Source: an uncultured Candidatus Saccharibacteria bacterium (GTDB taxonomy: Bacteria; Patescibacteriota; Saccharimonadia; Saccharimonadales; UBA10212). From it: a stretch of 57,741 bases of DNA. Made by a program: the position numbers and the translations under genes. This document shows, one piece after another, positions 1 through 10,977 of this stretch. Where the stretch lies: NCBI GenBank assembly GCA_964625245.1, contig CAZVAN010000001.1:1-57741 (forward strand). The letters run 5' to 3'. Under the pieces are notes generated by a model. It made no database searches and was not told where the DNA came from. It saw only the letters and a program-made list of their open reading frames with translations. The stretch's first letter is position 1. Each line of letters starts with the position of its first letter.

Positions 1-232
<232 letters not shown>

Positions 233-492
233 AGAATCTGATTTAAAACTTCAGACTTGAACTGACGTTGATTTGCACTACCTAGTTTTCAATGAACATT
301 TCAGGGAGGTTACGCTCAAATGCCAACCGTTATGTCTTATCCAGTGTCTCAGAAATATGGAGACACGTTAAAAGAGCACCCTAAAATCTACATATCATGG
401 TAGCGCATAGTGGATCGCTTTGCAACGCCTTATATTACGATACCCGCGTTCGGCTCGGGCGCTGTACAGCTCTGCTGATGACTTCAGAAAAC

Positions 493-1800
493 TTATCTCG
501 CTAATGAAGGGTCAGAAGCTTGCTTATGAGCATCCTTGTACAGCTCTACTACTTCGGGTTGGACCTCGCCAAATTGGTCTATGAGGTCGCGAGCTCCTTG
601 CAATATACCGGACTTAATCTTATCGGGGTCAGTCCCAAGGTTAGTTAAACCAGACTCCGGCGGCCACAAAATACCTATGTCAACGTTGTTTTGTTTTTGA
701 ATCCATTCCAGCGATGCGCGAAGCTGATTCTTGGCACTTAAGAACTTCTCCATCGTACCGATTGAGGCTACGCTAGATACAGAACCAGCCGCCTTCAGAA
801 TATTGGAAAAGATGATTTCGCCAGGGGTAACTTCGAGCGATTCCATGCGCATAAAGGGAGTATTTGGCAGTATTAATATATCGTCGGGGTGCAATTCATC
901 AATGATCTTTTGAATAGGCATCGGATCAAAAGCGCCATCTATATAACGACCGCCATTAACCTCTATGGCTTCATTGTAAACCAGCGGAGCAGACATTGAA
1001 GCATGCACAGCAGCCGCCATATTAGGCTTAGCTGTTTTTGCGTTAATAAGCTTAGCCTCATAGGTCTCAGGGTCGGTCGCAACAACATAAAGCTCGGTTG
1101 GGGATTGCTCTACGGCCTTAAAGTCTACACTCTTTTCGCCGTGTGAGGCAGCATCAATAATATAACCGACATCCATAATCTGTTTAACTCGCTTAAAGTC
1201 GATGAAATTTTTGGTTGTAGCTTCGTTGTACCATATATCACCGCCAACACGGCTCTGTTCAGGACCGCCAAGGAAATATGTAGCTGGTCCGGCTCCGCCC
1301 GAAATACCCACCACAGCATCAAAGGCATTACCTAACCCAATTTCGTGCAGACCAATAGTTTGACCCACTGCATAGGGGCTTTTCATGCCACCGCCCATAA
1401 TTAGCATCACTACCTTCCTCTTTTGAGCTTCATGATTGCTGGGATCACGTTTTTCTAACAGATGCTTCATCACCACTTGGAGATTTTCTTGCCAGGCCAG
1501 ATATTCGGGATCTTTTTTCAGATCAAAGTACTCATCATCGTGCAGAGCTTCAGCATGCGCAAAATCGACTGCCGTGGGCGGACTTTCCCAACGATCACCC
1601 CTTTTCCAGTCAATGATCTTTTGGATTCGGCTGCGAGCCTGATATTTTTCGGCTAGATTCCTAAAACGTTGCTGATGAAACTCAAACTCGGCTGGTGGTT
1701 TTTGGTCGTGGTGGCCCTCGGTAGCAATCGAACCAAGTTCTTTCGTAGTGGATTCCGGCACGTTTGTTTGAACAGGTTCCGTAGATTCTTCGACTCGCAT
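493..1800 (-). CDS. Patatin-like phospholipase
   Basis: 435-aa ORF with three patatin hallmarks: a glycine-rich oxyanion loop (MGGGMKS), the nucleophile elbow G-x-S-x-G (GISGG), and the catalytic Asp motif DGAFD. Confidence 0.8.
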   Translation of the reverse strand: MRVEESTEPVQTNVPESTTKELGSIATEGHHDQKPPAEFEFHQQRFRNLAEKYQARSRIQKIIDWKRGDRWESPPTAVDFAHAEALHDDEYFDLKKDPEYLAWQENLQVVMKHLLEKRDPSNHEAQKRKVVMLIMGGGMKSPYAVGQTIGLHEIGLGNAFDAVVGISGGAGPATYFLGGPEQSRVGGDIWYNEATTKNFIDFKRVKQIMDVGYIIDAASHGEKSVDFKAVEQSPTELYVVATDPETYEAKLINAKTAKPNMAAAVHASMSAPLVYNEAIEVNGGRYIDGAFDPMPIQKIIDELHPDDILILPNTPFMRMESLEVTPGEIIFSNILKAAGSVSSVASIGTMEKFLSAKNQLRASLEWIQKQNNVDIGILWPPESGLTNLGTDPDKIKSGILQGARDLIDQFGEVQPEVVELYKDAHKQASDPSLAR

Positions 1801-1873
1801 TTTTTTGATTTCTATTTTTATTTAACTAGCCAAAGTTTACCACAAAAGATGTGAAAAGTCAACCTAGAGTACC

Positions 1874-2680
1874 CTAGTTTGTGGGTTCTGCGATCTCCTT
1901 GAGAAGCCTGATATCATCAGAGATTATTCCGTCCGCCCCAGACTTTAGGGCATTAGTGATAGCCAGCGGCGTATTAGTTGTCCAGATAAGCACCTTAATA
2001 TTGTGAGAATGAAGTAAATCAACCATCGCTCGGCTGACATGTGAGTGATGAAGGTGAACTCCATCGATATTCTTGGCTCTTCCCTCTTTTAGCATATCCA
2101 GATTCTTATTGGTAAGCCTAATGCCACGCCCGACAATAACCGCTGCTGTTACTTTATATGGCTCCAGTAACTTCAGCAGACGCTGCAGGCGCCTATAGTT
2201 AAATGAGTTGACGCACACTCTGTCCAATACCCGTAGACGTTTTAAGAGTTCTGCTAGCGGCTCCACGACTTCATCGGTTTTAGGGTCAATAAAAAATCTC
2301 ATTTTAGGCTGAGCTTTTAAGATATCTTCAAGGAGAGGAACTTTTTCGCCTCCAACACTAACATGCTCTAAAATTTTCTGAAATGACATTCGCTGTATAA
2401 CTGGACGCGAGGGACGTCCTTTCTTGAAAAAACTATCCAGTTTATTTTTTGAACCGTGCAGGGCGACAACTTTACCATCGCTGCTTAAAACTACATCCGT
2501 TTCACCATATTCATATCCGAGTTTCGAGGCAGCGCTAAAAGCCGCCAGAGTATTTTCCTTACTTACTCCAGCAGCATCTCCACCGCGGTGAGCGATTAGT
2601 ATAGGCTTCTCAGCCCCCCAGAAATTAGGCTTCTTGAACGGCTGGTTCGGCTGCAACTTCTTCTTCATCTTCATCAACAA
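1874..2680 (-). CDS. Glycerophosphodiester phosphodiesterase (GDPD family)
   Basis: 268-aa ORF with the GDPD signature IAHRGG...ENTLAAF...GYEYGETDV. The first ~19 codons overlap the gyrA 3' end, so the exact start is uncertain. Confidence 0.8.
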   Translation of the reverse strand: MLMKMKKKLQPNQPFKKPNFWGAEKPILIAHRGGDAAGVSKENTLAAFSAASKLGYEYGETDVVLSSDGKVVALHGSKNKLDSFFKKGRPSRPVIQRMSFQKILEHVSVGGEKVPLLEDILKAQPKMRFFIDPKTDEVVEPLAELLKRLRVLDRVCVNSFNYRRLQRLLKLLEPYKVTAAVIVGRGIRLTNKNLDMLKEGRAKNIDGVHLHHSHVSRAMVDLLHSHNIKVLIWTTNTPLAITNALKSGADGIISDDIRLLKEIAEPTN

Positions 2681-5147
2681 CTTCAGATTTATCCAGTAGG
2701 GCTAACGATACGACACTGTCGCCGTCGTTTAGGCGCATAATACGCACGCCTTGGGTTGCTCGGCCAAGCTCCGGAATGTTGGCCAGGCCGAGACGAATGG
2801 TCTGACCTTGAGCTGAAATAATAATTACTTCTTGGTCGTTACCAATTAGCGTTTTAACGCCTACGAGTTGGCCCGTTTTCTTATTTACAACAGCAGAGCG
2901 AATACCGACACCACCGCGTTTATGGGCTGTAAATTGGCTGACTTTAGTTCGTTTTCCGTAGCCATATTCACTAATTACAAAGATTGATGAATCTTTTTCT
3001 ACAATATCCATACCTATTACATAGTCACCTGTGCGCAGACGAATCCCTCGTACGCCTCTACTAGTGCGGCCCATTGGGCGGGCATCCTTTTCATGGAAGC
3101 GAATGGCTTGGCCTTGTGAGGTCGAAATGATAACTTCATTCTCGCCGCTAGTCATCCTTATCCACTTAAGTTCATCGCCCTCATCAAGACGAATGGCTAT
3201 CAAACCTGTTTGTCGTACGTTTTGATATTGCTCAAAAGGTGTTTTCTTGACTACGCCCTTGACCGTACACATCAATAAGTGCCCGGTTTGAGGGCCTTTG
3301 CTAACGTTTATAACAGATGAAACCACTTCTTCCGGCTGGAGTTGTAGTAAATTAACCAACGCTACTCCCTTAGCGTTTAAGCCAACAGCTGGAACCTCGT
3401 AGGTTTTAATACGGAAAACCCGGCCCTTATTGGTAAAGAATAGTAGAAAATCATGAGTTGAGGCATTCACAACGTGCTCTATGGCGTCTTCCTCGCGAGT
3501 GGCCATGCCCCTCCTACCCTTACCACCGCGGCCCTGACGCTTATAGTCGGCCAGAGAAGTGCGCTTAATGTAGTTGGCTGATGTAAGCGTTACAGCCACT
3601 TGCTCATCCGGCACCAAATCTTCATCACTTAGCCTGCCTAGTTCTTGAGGAATGATTTTGGTGCGTCGTTCGTCACCAAACTGTTTTTTCATCTCCTCAA
3701 GTTCGTCTTTAATAATTTTTAAAATTTTCTTCTCGTCGGCTAGAATAGTTTCTAATTTTCCAATTATTTTAAGAAGTTCAGCAAGCTCGTCCTCTATCTT
3801 CTTACGCTCCAACCCGGCTAGAGTACGGAGTTGCATTGCCAAAATTGCCCGTGCCTGAATTTCAGTAAGTTTAAACTTCTTTATAAGATTTTCCTGAGCT
3901 TCCTCTGTAGTCTGGCTAGCTCGAATTGTGGCTATGACTTCGTCAATGTGATCAAGTGCCGTCTTCAGACCTTCGAGAATATGAGCTCGCTCCCGAGCTT
4001 TTCGCAGTTCAAACTCAGTTCGCTTACGGACCACTACTTGGCGGTGTTTTATGTACTCTACCAGAATGTCTTGAAGACCAAGCACCCTTGGTTGTATGCC
4101 GTCAATCAAGGCCAGCATATTGTAGTGAAAGGCTGTTTGAAGCGGTGTAAGTTTATAAAGTTGGTTGAGTAACTTCTTAGGATAGGCGTCTTTTTTGAGG
4201 TCTACCACAATTCGAACGCTACCACGGGAACTCTCGTCACGAAGATCATTTATGCCAGATATCTTTTTATCACGGACCAGGTCAGCTATCTTCTCGACCA
4301 AGCCTGCTTTATTCACAGCGTATGGTATTTCAGTAATAACGATACGATGGCGACCCTTAGCGGTTTCTTCGATATCGGCTACACCACGAACAACTACACC
4401 CCCGCGACCAGTAGCAAATGCGGTGCGGATAGATTCTTTACCATAAACTACGGCGCCCGTCGGAAAATCTGGTCCCTTAACGTGCTGCATCAGATCGTCT
4501 AGTGTAGCCTCAGGATTATCTATTTGGGTAATAGTAGCATCTATCAGTTCGGTCAAGTTGTGGGGTGGTATATTGGTGGCCATTCCAACTGCAATGCCAA
4601 CCTGACCATTGAGTAGTAGGTTGGGCAGTTTGGCTGGCAAAACTTCCGGTTCCTGCTGAGAGCCATCGAAGTTATCACGAAAAGGCACCGTTTCTTTATC
4701 TATATCCTCAAGCAGTGCTTCGCTGGGTTTAGTCATGCGGGCTTCGGTGTAGCGATAGGCGGCTGCCGGATCGCCGTCCATGCTACCAAAGTTACCCTGG
4801 CCGTCTACAAGTGGATAGCGCGTAGCGAAGGGTTGAGCCAGGCGGACCATGGCGTCATAGATAGCCGTGTCGCCGTGCGGATGGTATTTACCCATGACGT
4901 CACCGACAATCTGGGCACTCTTAGAGTGTTTGCTACCGCTTCTAAGGTTATTCTTGTCCATGACGTACAAAATACGTCGGTGGACTGGTTTGAGGCCATC
5001 TCGGACATCTGGAAGCGCCCGAGCCACAATAACGCTCATTGAGTACTGGAGGTAGCTAGTCTCCATCTCTTCCTCAACTGAACGTGTGAGCACGGTCTTA
5101 GAGTGTTTGCCTATTGTGGGCAGGAGGCCTTTGCTTCTATCGTCCAT
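2625..5147 (-). CDS. gyrA: DNA gyrase subunit A
   Basis: 840-aa ORF with [11 protein letters not shown] (QRDR region), the [10 protein letters not shown] catalytic Tyr region, and a C-terminal repeat (beta-pinwheel-like) region. It lies directly downstream of gyrB. Confidence 0.97.
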   Translation of the reverse strand: MDDRSKGLLPTIGKHSKTVLTRSVEEEMETSYLQYSMSVIVARALPDVRDGLKPVHRRILYVMDKNNLRSGSKHSKSAQIVGDVMGKYHPHGDTAIYDAMVRLAQPFATRYPLVDGQGNFGSMDGDPAAAYRYTEARMTKPSEALLEDIDKETVPFRDNFDGSQQEPEVLPAKLPNLLLNGQVGIAVGMATNIPPHNLTELIDATITQIDNPEATLDDLMQHVKGPDFPTGAVVYGKESIRTAFATGRGGVVVRGVADIEETAKGRHRIVITEIPYAVNKAGLVEKIADLVRDKKISGINDLRDESSRGSVRIVVDLKKDAYPKKLLNQLYKLTPLQTAFHYNMLALIDGIQPRVLGLQDILVEYIKHRQVVVRKRTEFELRKARERAHILEGLKTALDHIDEVIATIRASQTTEEAQENLIKKFKLTEIQARAILAMQLRTLAGLERKKIEDELAELLKIIGKLETILADEKKILKIIKDELEEMKKQFGDERRTKIIPQELGRLSDEDLVPDEQVAVTLTSANYIKRTSLADYKRQGRGGKGRRGMATREEDAIEHVVNASTHDFLLFFTNKGRVFRIKTYEVPAVGLNAKGVALVNLLQLQPEEVVSSVINVSKGPQTGHLLMCTVKGVVKKTPFEQYQNVRQTGLIAIRLDEGDELKWIRMTSGENEVIISTSQGQAIRFHEKDARPMGRTSRGVRGIRLRTGDYVIGMDIVEKDSSIFVISEYGYGKRTKVSQFTAHKRGGVGIRSAVVNKKTGQLVGVKTLIGNDQEVIIISAQGQTIRLGLANIPELGRATQGVRIMRLNDGDSVVSLALLDKSEVVDEDEEEVAAEPAVQEA

Positions 5148-5149
5148 AC

Positions 5150-7114
5150 CTAGATGTCCAGATCCTTGGCAAACTTGGCCCTTGATTGAATAAAGTTTTT
5201 GCGCATCTCTACCTCTGTCCCCATCAGTTTGCTAAAGATGGCATCAGCCTTTTCAGCATCCTCAATCTTCACTTGCATCAATACCCGATTGGCTGGATCC
5301 ATGGTAGTATCCCATAATTGCTCAGCATCCATCTCTCCCAAGCCCTTATAGCGCTGGACGCTGACGCCGGCCTGCTTGATGCGGTCTTCGTCATCATTTA
5401 TTTTTAGGCCCTTGGTTTTACGCTCTTCGATGATTTTGTCGATTATATCGTCCCTCTCTTCATCCGTATATGCATACTGCTTCTTCTTGCCAGCGCTAAT
5501 GGCAAAAAGCGGTGGTTGGGCTACGTAGACGTGGCCACCTTCAAGTATTGGCCGCATGTGGCGGAACAACAGTGTCATGAGAAGCGTTGTAATATGCGAC
5601 CCGTCAACGTCTGCGTCAGTCATTATGATGACGCGCTCATATCTCAAGCCGGCTATATCAAACTGTTCTTCAATACCAACCCCAAGGGCCTTAATAAGAT
5701 TCAATATCTCTTGGTTAGCCAACATTTTGTCCAGACGAGCTCGCTCCACATTCAGGACCTTGCCTCGCAGCGGCAGAATAGCTTGATAGAAGCTGTTGCG
5801 ACCGTCTTTAGCGGAACCGCCGGCTGACTGGCCCTCTACAATAAATAGTTCAGCCTGGGAACGATCCTTGGTAGCACAATCGGCCAACTTGCCGGGCAGA
5901 CTGGCACCCTCCAAAGCACCTTTTCGGATGATATTATCGCGGGCAGCGCGGGCAGCGCGGCGGGCTCTAGCCGACAGTAGTGCCTTATTGACTAGCTTGC
6001 GGGCAATAGCTGGATGCTCTTCAAAATAGTAAGAGAACCATTCGTTCATGACCTGTTCTACATAGCCGCGAACCTCTGGGTTGCCGAGTTTATTCTTGGT
6101 CTGTCCTTCGAATTGCGGATCTGGGATCTTAACAAGTATTATGGCAGTCAATCCCTCCCGACAGTCCTCGCCGGTTAGGTTCTCTTCCTTCTCTTTTAGC
6201 AGGCTGTTTTTTCGGGCATAGTCATTTATGACTCTGGTTAAGGCAGTTCTGAAGCCGGTCAGATGGGTGCCCCCGTCAGGATTATAGACATTATTAGCAA
6301 AGGCCATGACGGTCTCAGTGAAGCTATCATTGTATTGCAGAGAGACTTCAACCATGCCATCGCCAATAGCTTTCTCAACGTAAAAAATATCTTCGTCCAG
6401 AGCTTCTTTGCCACGGTTTAAATGACGTACGTAACTTTCTATACCGCCCTCAAAGTAAAAGGCGTAACTGTTGCCACTACGTTCGTCGTAAATCGAAGCT
6501 TTTACTCCTTTGGTTAAGTAGGCCTGATGACGCAGATAATTGGCCACCCAATCGTAATCAAATTCAGTTTCGTTGAAGATGGTTTCGTCCGGATAAAAGG
6601 TGATAGTCGTGCCATTCTCATCGCTTTTTTCGCCTTTACTAACTGGGGCTAGCGGCACACCCCTCTCAAATTCTTGATGCCACTTAAAGCCGTCTCTGCG
6701 GACTTCGGCGATTAATTTTGTGCTTAGAGCATTAACTACGCTCAAACCGACACCGTGCAGACCACTACTTACTTTGTAGCCACCGCTGCCAAATTTGCCA
6801 CCGGCGTGTAAGACAGTTAGTACAGTCTCAAGGGTACTTTTTTTAGTTTTAGGATGCATATCAACTGGGATTCCTCGGCCATTATCTACAACCGTAACGC
6901 TTCCGTCTTCGTTGATACTGACCGAAAGCTCGTTCGCAAAACCGGCAATAACTTCGTCAATACCGTTGTCTGCCAACTCTTTAATCATGTGATGCAGGCC
7001 CTCAAAACCAGTACTACCAATATACATACCTGGCCGCTTACGGACCGGGTCTAGGCCTTCTAGGACTTGGATTTGGCTAGAATCATAACTGCTTTTTTTT
7101 TGCTTCTCACTCAC
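5150..7114 (-). CDS. gyrB: DNA gyrase subunit B
   Basis: 654-aa ORF with a GHKL ATPase N-terminus ([16 protein letters not shown]) and TOPRIM motifs ([20 protein letters not shown]). There is a 2-nt gap to gyrA. Confidence 0.97.
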   Translation of the reverse strand: MSEKQKKSSYDSSQIQVLEGLDPVRKRPGMYIGSTGFEGLHHMIKELADNGIDEVIAGFANELSVSINEDGSVTVVDNGRGIPVDMHPKTKKSTLETVLTVLHAGGKFGSGGYKVSSGLHGVGLSVVNALSTKLIAEVRRDGFKWHQEFERGVPLAPVSKGEKSDENGTTITFYPDETIFNETEFDYDWVANYLRHQAYLTKGVKASIYDERSGNSYAFYFEGGIESYVRHLNRGKEALDEDIFYVEKAIGDGMVEVSLQYNDSFTETVMAFANNVYNPDGGTHLTGFRTALTRVINDYARKNSLLKEKEENLTGEDCREGLTAIILVKIPDPQFEGQTKNKLGNPEVRGYVEQVMNEWFSYYFEEHPAIARKLVNKALLSARARRAARAARDNIIRKGALEGASLPGKLADCATKDRSQAELFIVEGQSAGGSAKDGRNSFYQAILPLRGKVLNVERARLDKMLANQEILNLIKALGVGIEEQFDIAGLRYERVIIMTDADVDGSHITTLLMTLLFRHMRPILEGGHVYVAQPPLFAISAGKKKQYAYTDEERDDIIDKIIEERKTKGLKINDDEDRIKQAGVSVQRYKGLGEMDAEQLWDTTMDPANRVLMQVKIEDAEKADAIFSKLMGTEVEMRKNFIQSRAKFAKDLDI

Positions 7115-7277
7115 TAAAAATCAACCCTCTCATAGGAACTTGTTTATCTGTTTCCACTCTGTTTTGATTATACCCGAATACCCCTTTTAAAACAACCTTT
7201 TTCGGTTGTAAAATTAGTCATATTCCTGCTAAAAATGTGCTGCAAAATTTGTTAAACGCGATACTAAAAATGGAAGT

Positions 7278-10154
7278 TTATTCAGCAGAGTTAAGGTCGG
7301 TATCGGGGTCAACGTGTAGTACACCGGAGTCGGCTGGGGCGGTAGTATCTTCGTCTCTGGGAATCTTAAATTCGTTTGAGTTAGCGGTAGTCGACGGCTG
7401 GATAAACTGGGACTCTGGTTTTGGCCGCTCAGTAGGATGCTGAATTGTCTGATGGCTACTTGAATTCAAAGACTGTGATGTAGAACCTCGGGCGGTCGGA
7501 CTAGGCGAGATTGGGACTGAGCCGCCAGGGTTATCCTTACGCTTTTGTAGCCACTCATCTAAGAAAGAAGAAGGGTTGGCGGGACGGTTAATCGGTTTGG
7601 GACTAGCCGGTTGATTTACGGCGGTTAGGGTGGAACTCGGTCTGGCTGGAGGTAAACCGTATTTATCAAAGACGTTAGGCCCGGCAGCTGACGGCAGGCT
7701 AGGTCTACTGGGAGCGGTAGTAGCCAACCGCTTCGCTATATCAGCTCCTACGGTGGCTTTAGGACGCCCATACTTAGCTGCTGAGAGTTGTTTAAGAGCA
7801 TCAGCCAATTGTTTATTGGGGCTGCCCAGCGGCGGTAATGTGGCCATACTAAATGGTTGTACTGGCACTCCTCCAATCATCATTTTGACAGCTGTGTTGG
7901 CATTGGGCAGGAACTGAAGATCGTCTATATCAAAGGTGGGAGTCATCACTTTAGTTAGTAGCTCGGCGTCACTAGTTCCCAGTCGGAAAGCTACAACTGT
8001 ACCAACGTTACCGAAAACAGCGTCCCTAATTTCTTCCGACAGCTGAGTGGTAAACTGATTGGCTACAATCAGATTTAAATGATATTTCCTGGCCTGGCTC
8101 AAGATGTCAGCGAAGGAATCAGTAGAGAAATTTTGAAACTCATCAACGTATAAACAGAAGTCTCGGCGGTACTCTTCGGGGGTATCTGCCCGGCTCATAG
8201 CTGCCGCCTCAAACTTCATAACAAAAATCATACCTAGTAATTTTGAGTTGAGGTCTCCGGTCCGCCCGCGGCTAAGATTAACTAGCAAGATTTTGCCGTC
8301 ATCCATAACCTCGCGAAGGTCAAAGCTGCTTTTGGCTTGGCCAATAATGTTACGCATCATCTCGTTACTCAAAAAAGCACCAAATTTACTTACAAACCAG
8401 CTGGTAACCTCACCAAATTCGTTGGAACGTTGCGAAGCCGGCATTTCCTTGCGCCAGAACTCTAACACGTTAGGATCTGTGACATATTGCAGTTTCTGCT
8501 CGACAAATGCCGGATCTCGGAACAGCTTGGGAATATCTACAAAAGTACCGCCGGCTGGGTCAGCCATAACTGCCAGAGCGGCGTTTCTGAACAAATGCTC
8601 GTAGCGCGGACCAATAATGCCTTGGTGTTGCGGATCGTATAGCTTGTATAGCATGTTTATAGACTCTTGGATTAAAAAGTCTTTTTGATCTTCGTTGTGA
8701 TACTCAAACATATTCAAGCCGAGCGGATAGTCCATATCGGCCGGGCTGAAGTAAATAACGTCTTCTGTGCGCTCTTTTGGTACCATTGCTAGCAGTTTTT
8801 CAGCCGTATCGCCATGTGGATCAACAAACGCAAAACCACGGCCTTCTAGCATGTCCTGAAGGGCCAAATTTTCTAAATAGGTAGATTTACCGGTTCCTGT
8901 CTGCCCGACAACGTACATATGCCGTGCTCGGTCCTGTTCGGCCAATCTGATAGCTTTTTTGGCACCACGGAACATGTTGTAACCCAAGAGAAGGCCTTGT
9001 TCCGGAACGTTACGCGGACCATCAACCTGTTTACTGGCCTGGCGTTCAAGCTGGGAAGTCGGTATATTTTGCTGATCTGGAAAGTGGAATAGAGTAGCAA
9101 TCTCGGTTACATTTAATATGTTTGCTGAGTTCTCTTGCGGAAAAAATCTTAAGATGTAAGCAGTTACGAAACTCTCAATGTCCTTAGCCGGCACAAACTT
9201 GAAGCCGTTTCGGCCTGGAGCATCAAACAGCGCAAAGGTAGCTATCATGGTATTAAGAACGGTTTGTGCCCGGTGTGAGATATTAGACGAGGCCACAACC
9301 CGAATCAAGACTTCGTAGCCTGGCTGTTTAGTTTTTTCTTCTATAGCTTGGATAATAGATTGATCGAGTGAAGAAATATCCTTGGGTTGCTCGTCCTTGT
9401 CCTTCGCGTCCGGTGGTTTGACCAGAGCCGCAAATATCTGGCCAATTGCGTTGAAGAAGCCCTCAACTCCTGCAGTTGATTTTTTGTCACCTCGCTTATT
9501 TTTGGCCTCAGTTATAGCTGCTTTACGCCAGCCTTCTGGAGCTGGACGTAGCAAGATTTGGATACCGGCACCATCTTCTTTGGTTAAAGTCGATAAAGAG
9601 TTGAGTAGCGACTGCATGGTATCGCGCTTTAAGTCCTCATAAGTGGCTATCGGGTAAGCGAACTTTTCCTTAAGGACTAGTTCCCCGCCCAGAGTACCGG
9701 TTATACGACCAACTGGACTAAAAATATTGTGTTCAGGGGACTCCTCTAGGCGAGCCGTCGGGTAAGCGCTGATAATTGCTTGCTCAACTATTCCCAGAAG
9801 AGGAACCGGCACGGCGGCGTAAAAATGGACTGCTCCTTTGATAGCTACTATTTCTAGGCCTATGTGCCGCTGACCATAAAACTTTGATTTAAAACCTTTC
9901 TGGAAAGTGCTAGCCAATATGCTATAGAGGGTTTGGGCCCTACTTATATTCTCGTTCATGACGTCACGGACATCTCGGCCATTAATGTCGGTGTCATCGC
10001 TTGGTGGAGGCAGATGGATAAGTAGCGGCACCATTTTTAAACCACGTTCGTAGTTTTTTTGTTCACGAAAAAGTTTACGGACATAGAGGTAGCCAAAAGC
10101 GCTGCCAGCTAGAACCATAACTAAAAACGAGATCAATACTACAAGCACCATCAT
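7278..10154 (-). CDS. Membrane-anchored P-loop ATPase of the VirD4/TraG/TraD coupling-protein type (FtsK-HerA superfamily)
   Basis: 958-aa ORF with an N-terminal TM helix, Walker A VVGQTGTGKST, and Walker B-like CLYVDEFQNF. The C-terminal ~200 aa are a Pro/Ser/Thr-rich low-complexity tail. Family assignment is from motif layout only. Confidence 0.65.
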   Translation of the reverse strand: MMVLVVLISFLVMVLAGSAFGYLYVRKLFREQKNYERGLKMVPLLIHLPPPSDDTDINGRDVRDVMNENISRAQTLYSILASTFQKGFKSKFYGQRHIGLEIVAIKGAVHFYAAVPVPLLGIVEQAIISAYPTARLEESPEHNIFSPVGRITGTLGGELVLKEKFAYPIATYEDLKRDTMQSLLNSLSTLTKEDGAGIQILLRPAPEGWRKAAITEAKNKRGDKKSTAGVEGFFNAIGQIFAALVKPPDAKDKDEQPKDISSLDQSIIQAIEEKTKQPGYEVLIRVVASSNISHRAQTVLNTMIATFALFDAPGRNGFKFVPAKDIESFVTAYILRFFPQENSANILNVTEIATLFHFPDQQNIPTSQLERQASKQVDGPRNVPEQGLLLGYNMFRGAKKAIRLAEQDRARHMYVVGQTGTGKSTYLENLALQDMLEGRGFAFVDPHGDTAEKLLAMVPKERTEDVIYFSPADMDYPLGLNMFEYHNEDQKDFLIQESINMLYKLYDPQHQGIIGPRYEHLFRNAALAVMADPAGGTFVDIPKLFRDPAFVEQKLQYVTDPNVLEFWRKEMPASQRSNEFGEVTSWFVSKFGAFLSNEMMRNIIGQAKSSFDLREVMDDGKILLVNLSRGRTGDLNSKLLGMIFVMKFEAAAMSRADTPEEYRRDFCLYVDEFQNFSTDSFADILSQARKYHLNLIVANQFTTQLSEEIRDAVFGNVGTVVAFRLGTSDAELLTKVMTPTFDIDDLQFLPNANTAVKMMIGGVPVQPFSMATLPPLGSPNKQLADALKQLSAAKYGRPKATVGADIAKRLATTAPSRPSLPSAAGPNVFDKYGLPPARPSSTLTAVNQPASPKPINRPANPSSFLDEWLQKRKDNPGGSVPISPSPTARGSTSQSLNSSSHQTIQHPTERPKPESQFIQPSTTANSNEFKIPRDEDTTAPADSGVLHVDPDTDLNSAE

Positions 10155-10600
10155 TTGATTACCGGATCGTCAGCCTTGATCGATTTGTTGAAACGCCGAT
10201 GAATGTACTCAGCTTTGACTTTGCTCATCTCATTTTTCTGTTCATATGGATCATCCTTAGTTCGTTCGATTACCGTCTTAGCCTTGTCGACCCATTCTTT
10301 TTCAATCCTATCTGTATCACTGGCTTGAGTCGAGACAACGCTTGTAGTCAAAGCCATGTCATCACCAGCTAAACCGCTAGCTATAGTCTGAGAAGGTAGA
10401 GCCATATCGGTGGCAACCTGACTGCTGACTACCGTGGATTGGGTTTGCGGACGATTTTCAGGAGACGCCGTAACGTTCTTCTCGACAGCATTATTTGCTG
10501 CCTGCTCACTGCTAGAAGTAGGGGGCGTCGCCTCAATCTGACGCTGGTTTTCACCCACATTAGGACTCATAGTCTTTATTATACTCGAGCTTTGATGCAA
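10151..10600 (-). CDS. Hypothetical protein, translationally coupled to the downstream ATPase
   Basis: 149-aa ORF whose stop overlaps the ATPase start (ATGA at 10151-10154). The N-half is Ser/Thr/Gln-rich and the C-half is charged and helical. No family recognised. Confidence 0.5.
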   Translation of the reverse strand: MHQSSSIIKTMSPNVGENQRQIEATPPTSSSEQAANNAVEKNVTASPENRPQTQSTVVSSQVATDMALPSQTIASGLAGDDMALTTSVVSTQASDTDRIEKEWVDKAKTVIERTKDDPYEQKNEMSKVKAEYIHRRFNKSIKADDPVIK

Positions 10601-10614
10601 TCAGGAGTCAAAAA

Positions 10615-10977
10615 TTAACGACGGTAGCTAAAGTAGAAAATTGAACCCGCGAATATAAGTGTTAATACCAAAACGTCTATCAAGTTCAGCGATCCAGTAC
10701 TTCTTAGCATAAAACATATGATTAAAAAGCTAACGCCTAAGATTATCCGCCGTTTAGCCTTAGAACTGGCTTCACCCCTTTGAAGAATTAGTAACGAACT
10801 AGTAAGAGTGGTCAGGAATACAAAGAGTAGTAAGAAGAATTGAATCGCCCAAACAGTGTTATTAATAGGATTTGTAAATAGAGTTAGAAAAATTATAAAA
10901 ACTAAGCTACTAGCCGAGATGGTAAGAGGTAGCTTAATTTTATGTTGATGAACGCCCATGCCCACAATTGTAAACAT
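10615..10977 (-). CDS. Small integral membrane protein
   Basis: 120-aa ORF made almost entirely of hydrophobic helices. An AAGGG ribosome-binding site sits ~5 nt upstream of the ATG. Confidence 0.55.
   Translation of the reverse strand: MFTIVGMGVHQHKIKLPLTISASSLVFIIFLTLFTNPINNTVWAIQFFLLLFVFLTTLTSSLLILQRGEASSKAKRRIILGVSFLIICFMLRSTGSLNLIDVLVLTLIFAGSIFYFSYRR

Noticed and set aside
2625-10154. Numerous 60-118-aa plus-strand ORFs antisense to gyrA, gyrB and the 958-aa ATPase (for example 3831-4172, 5516-5827, 8248-8604).
   Set aside because: They lie entirely within strongly supported long genes on the opposite strand, have low-complexity or implausible translations, and lack independent start signals.
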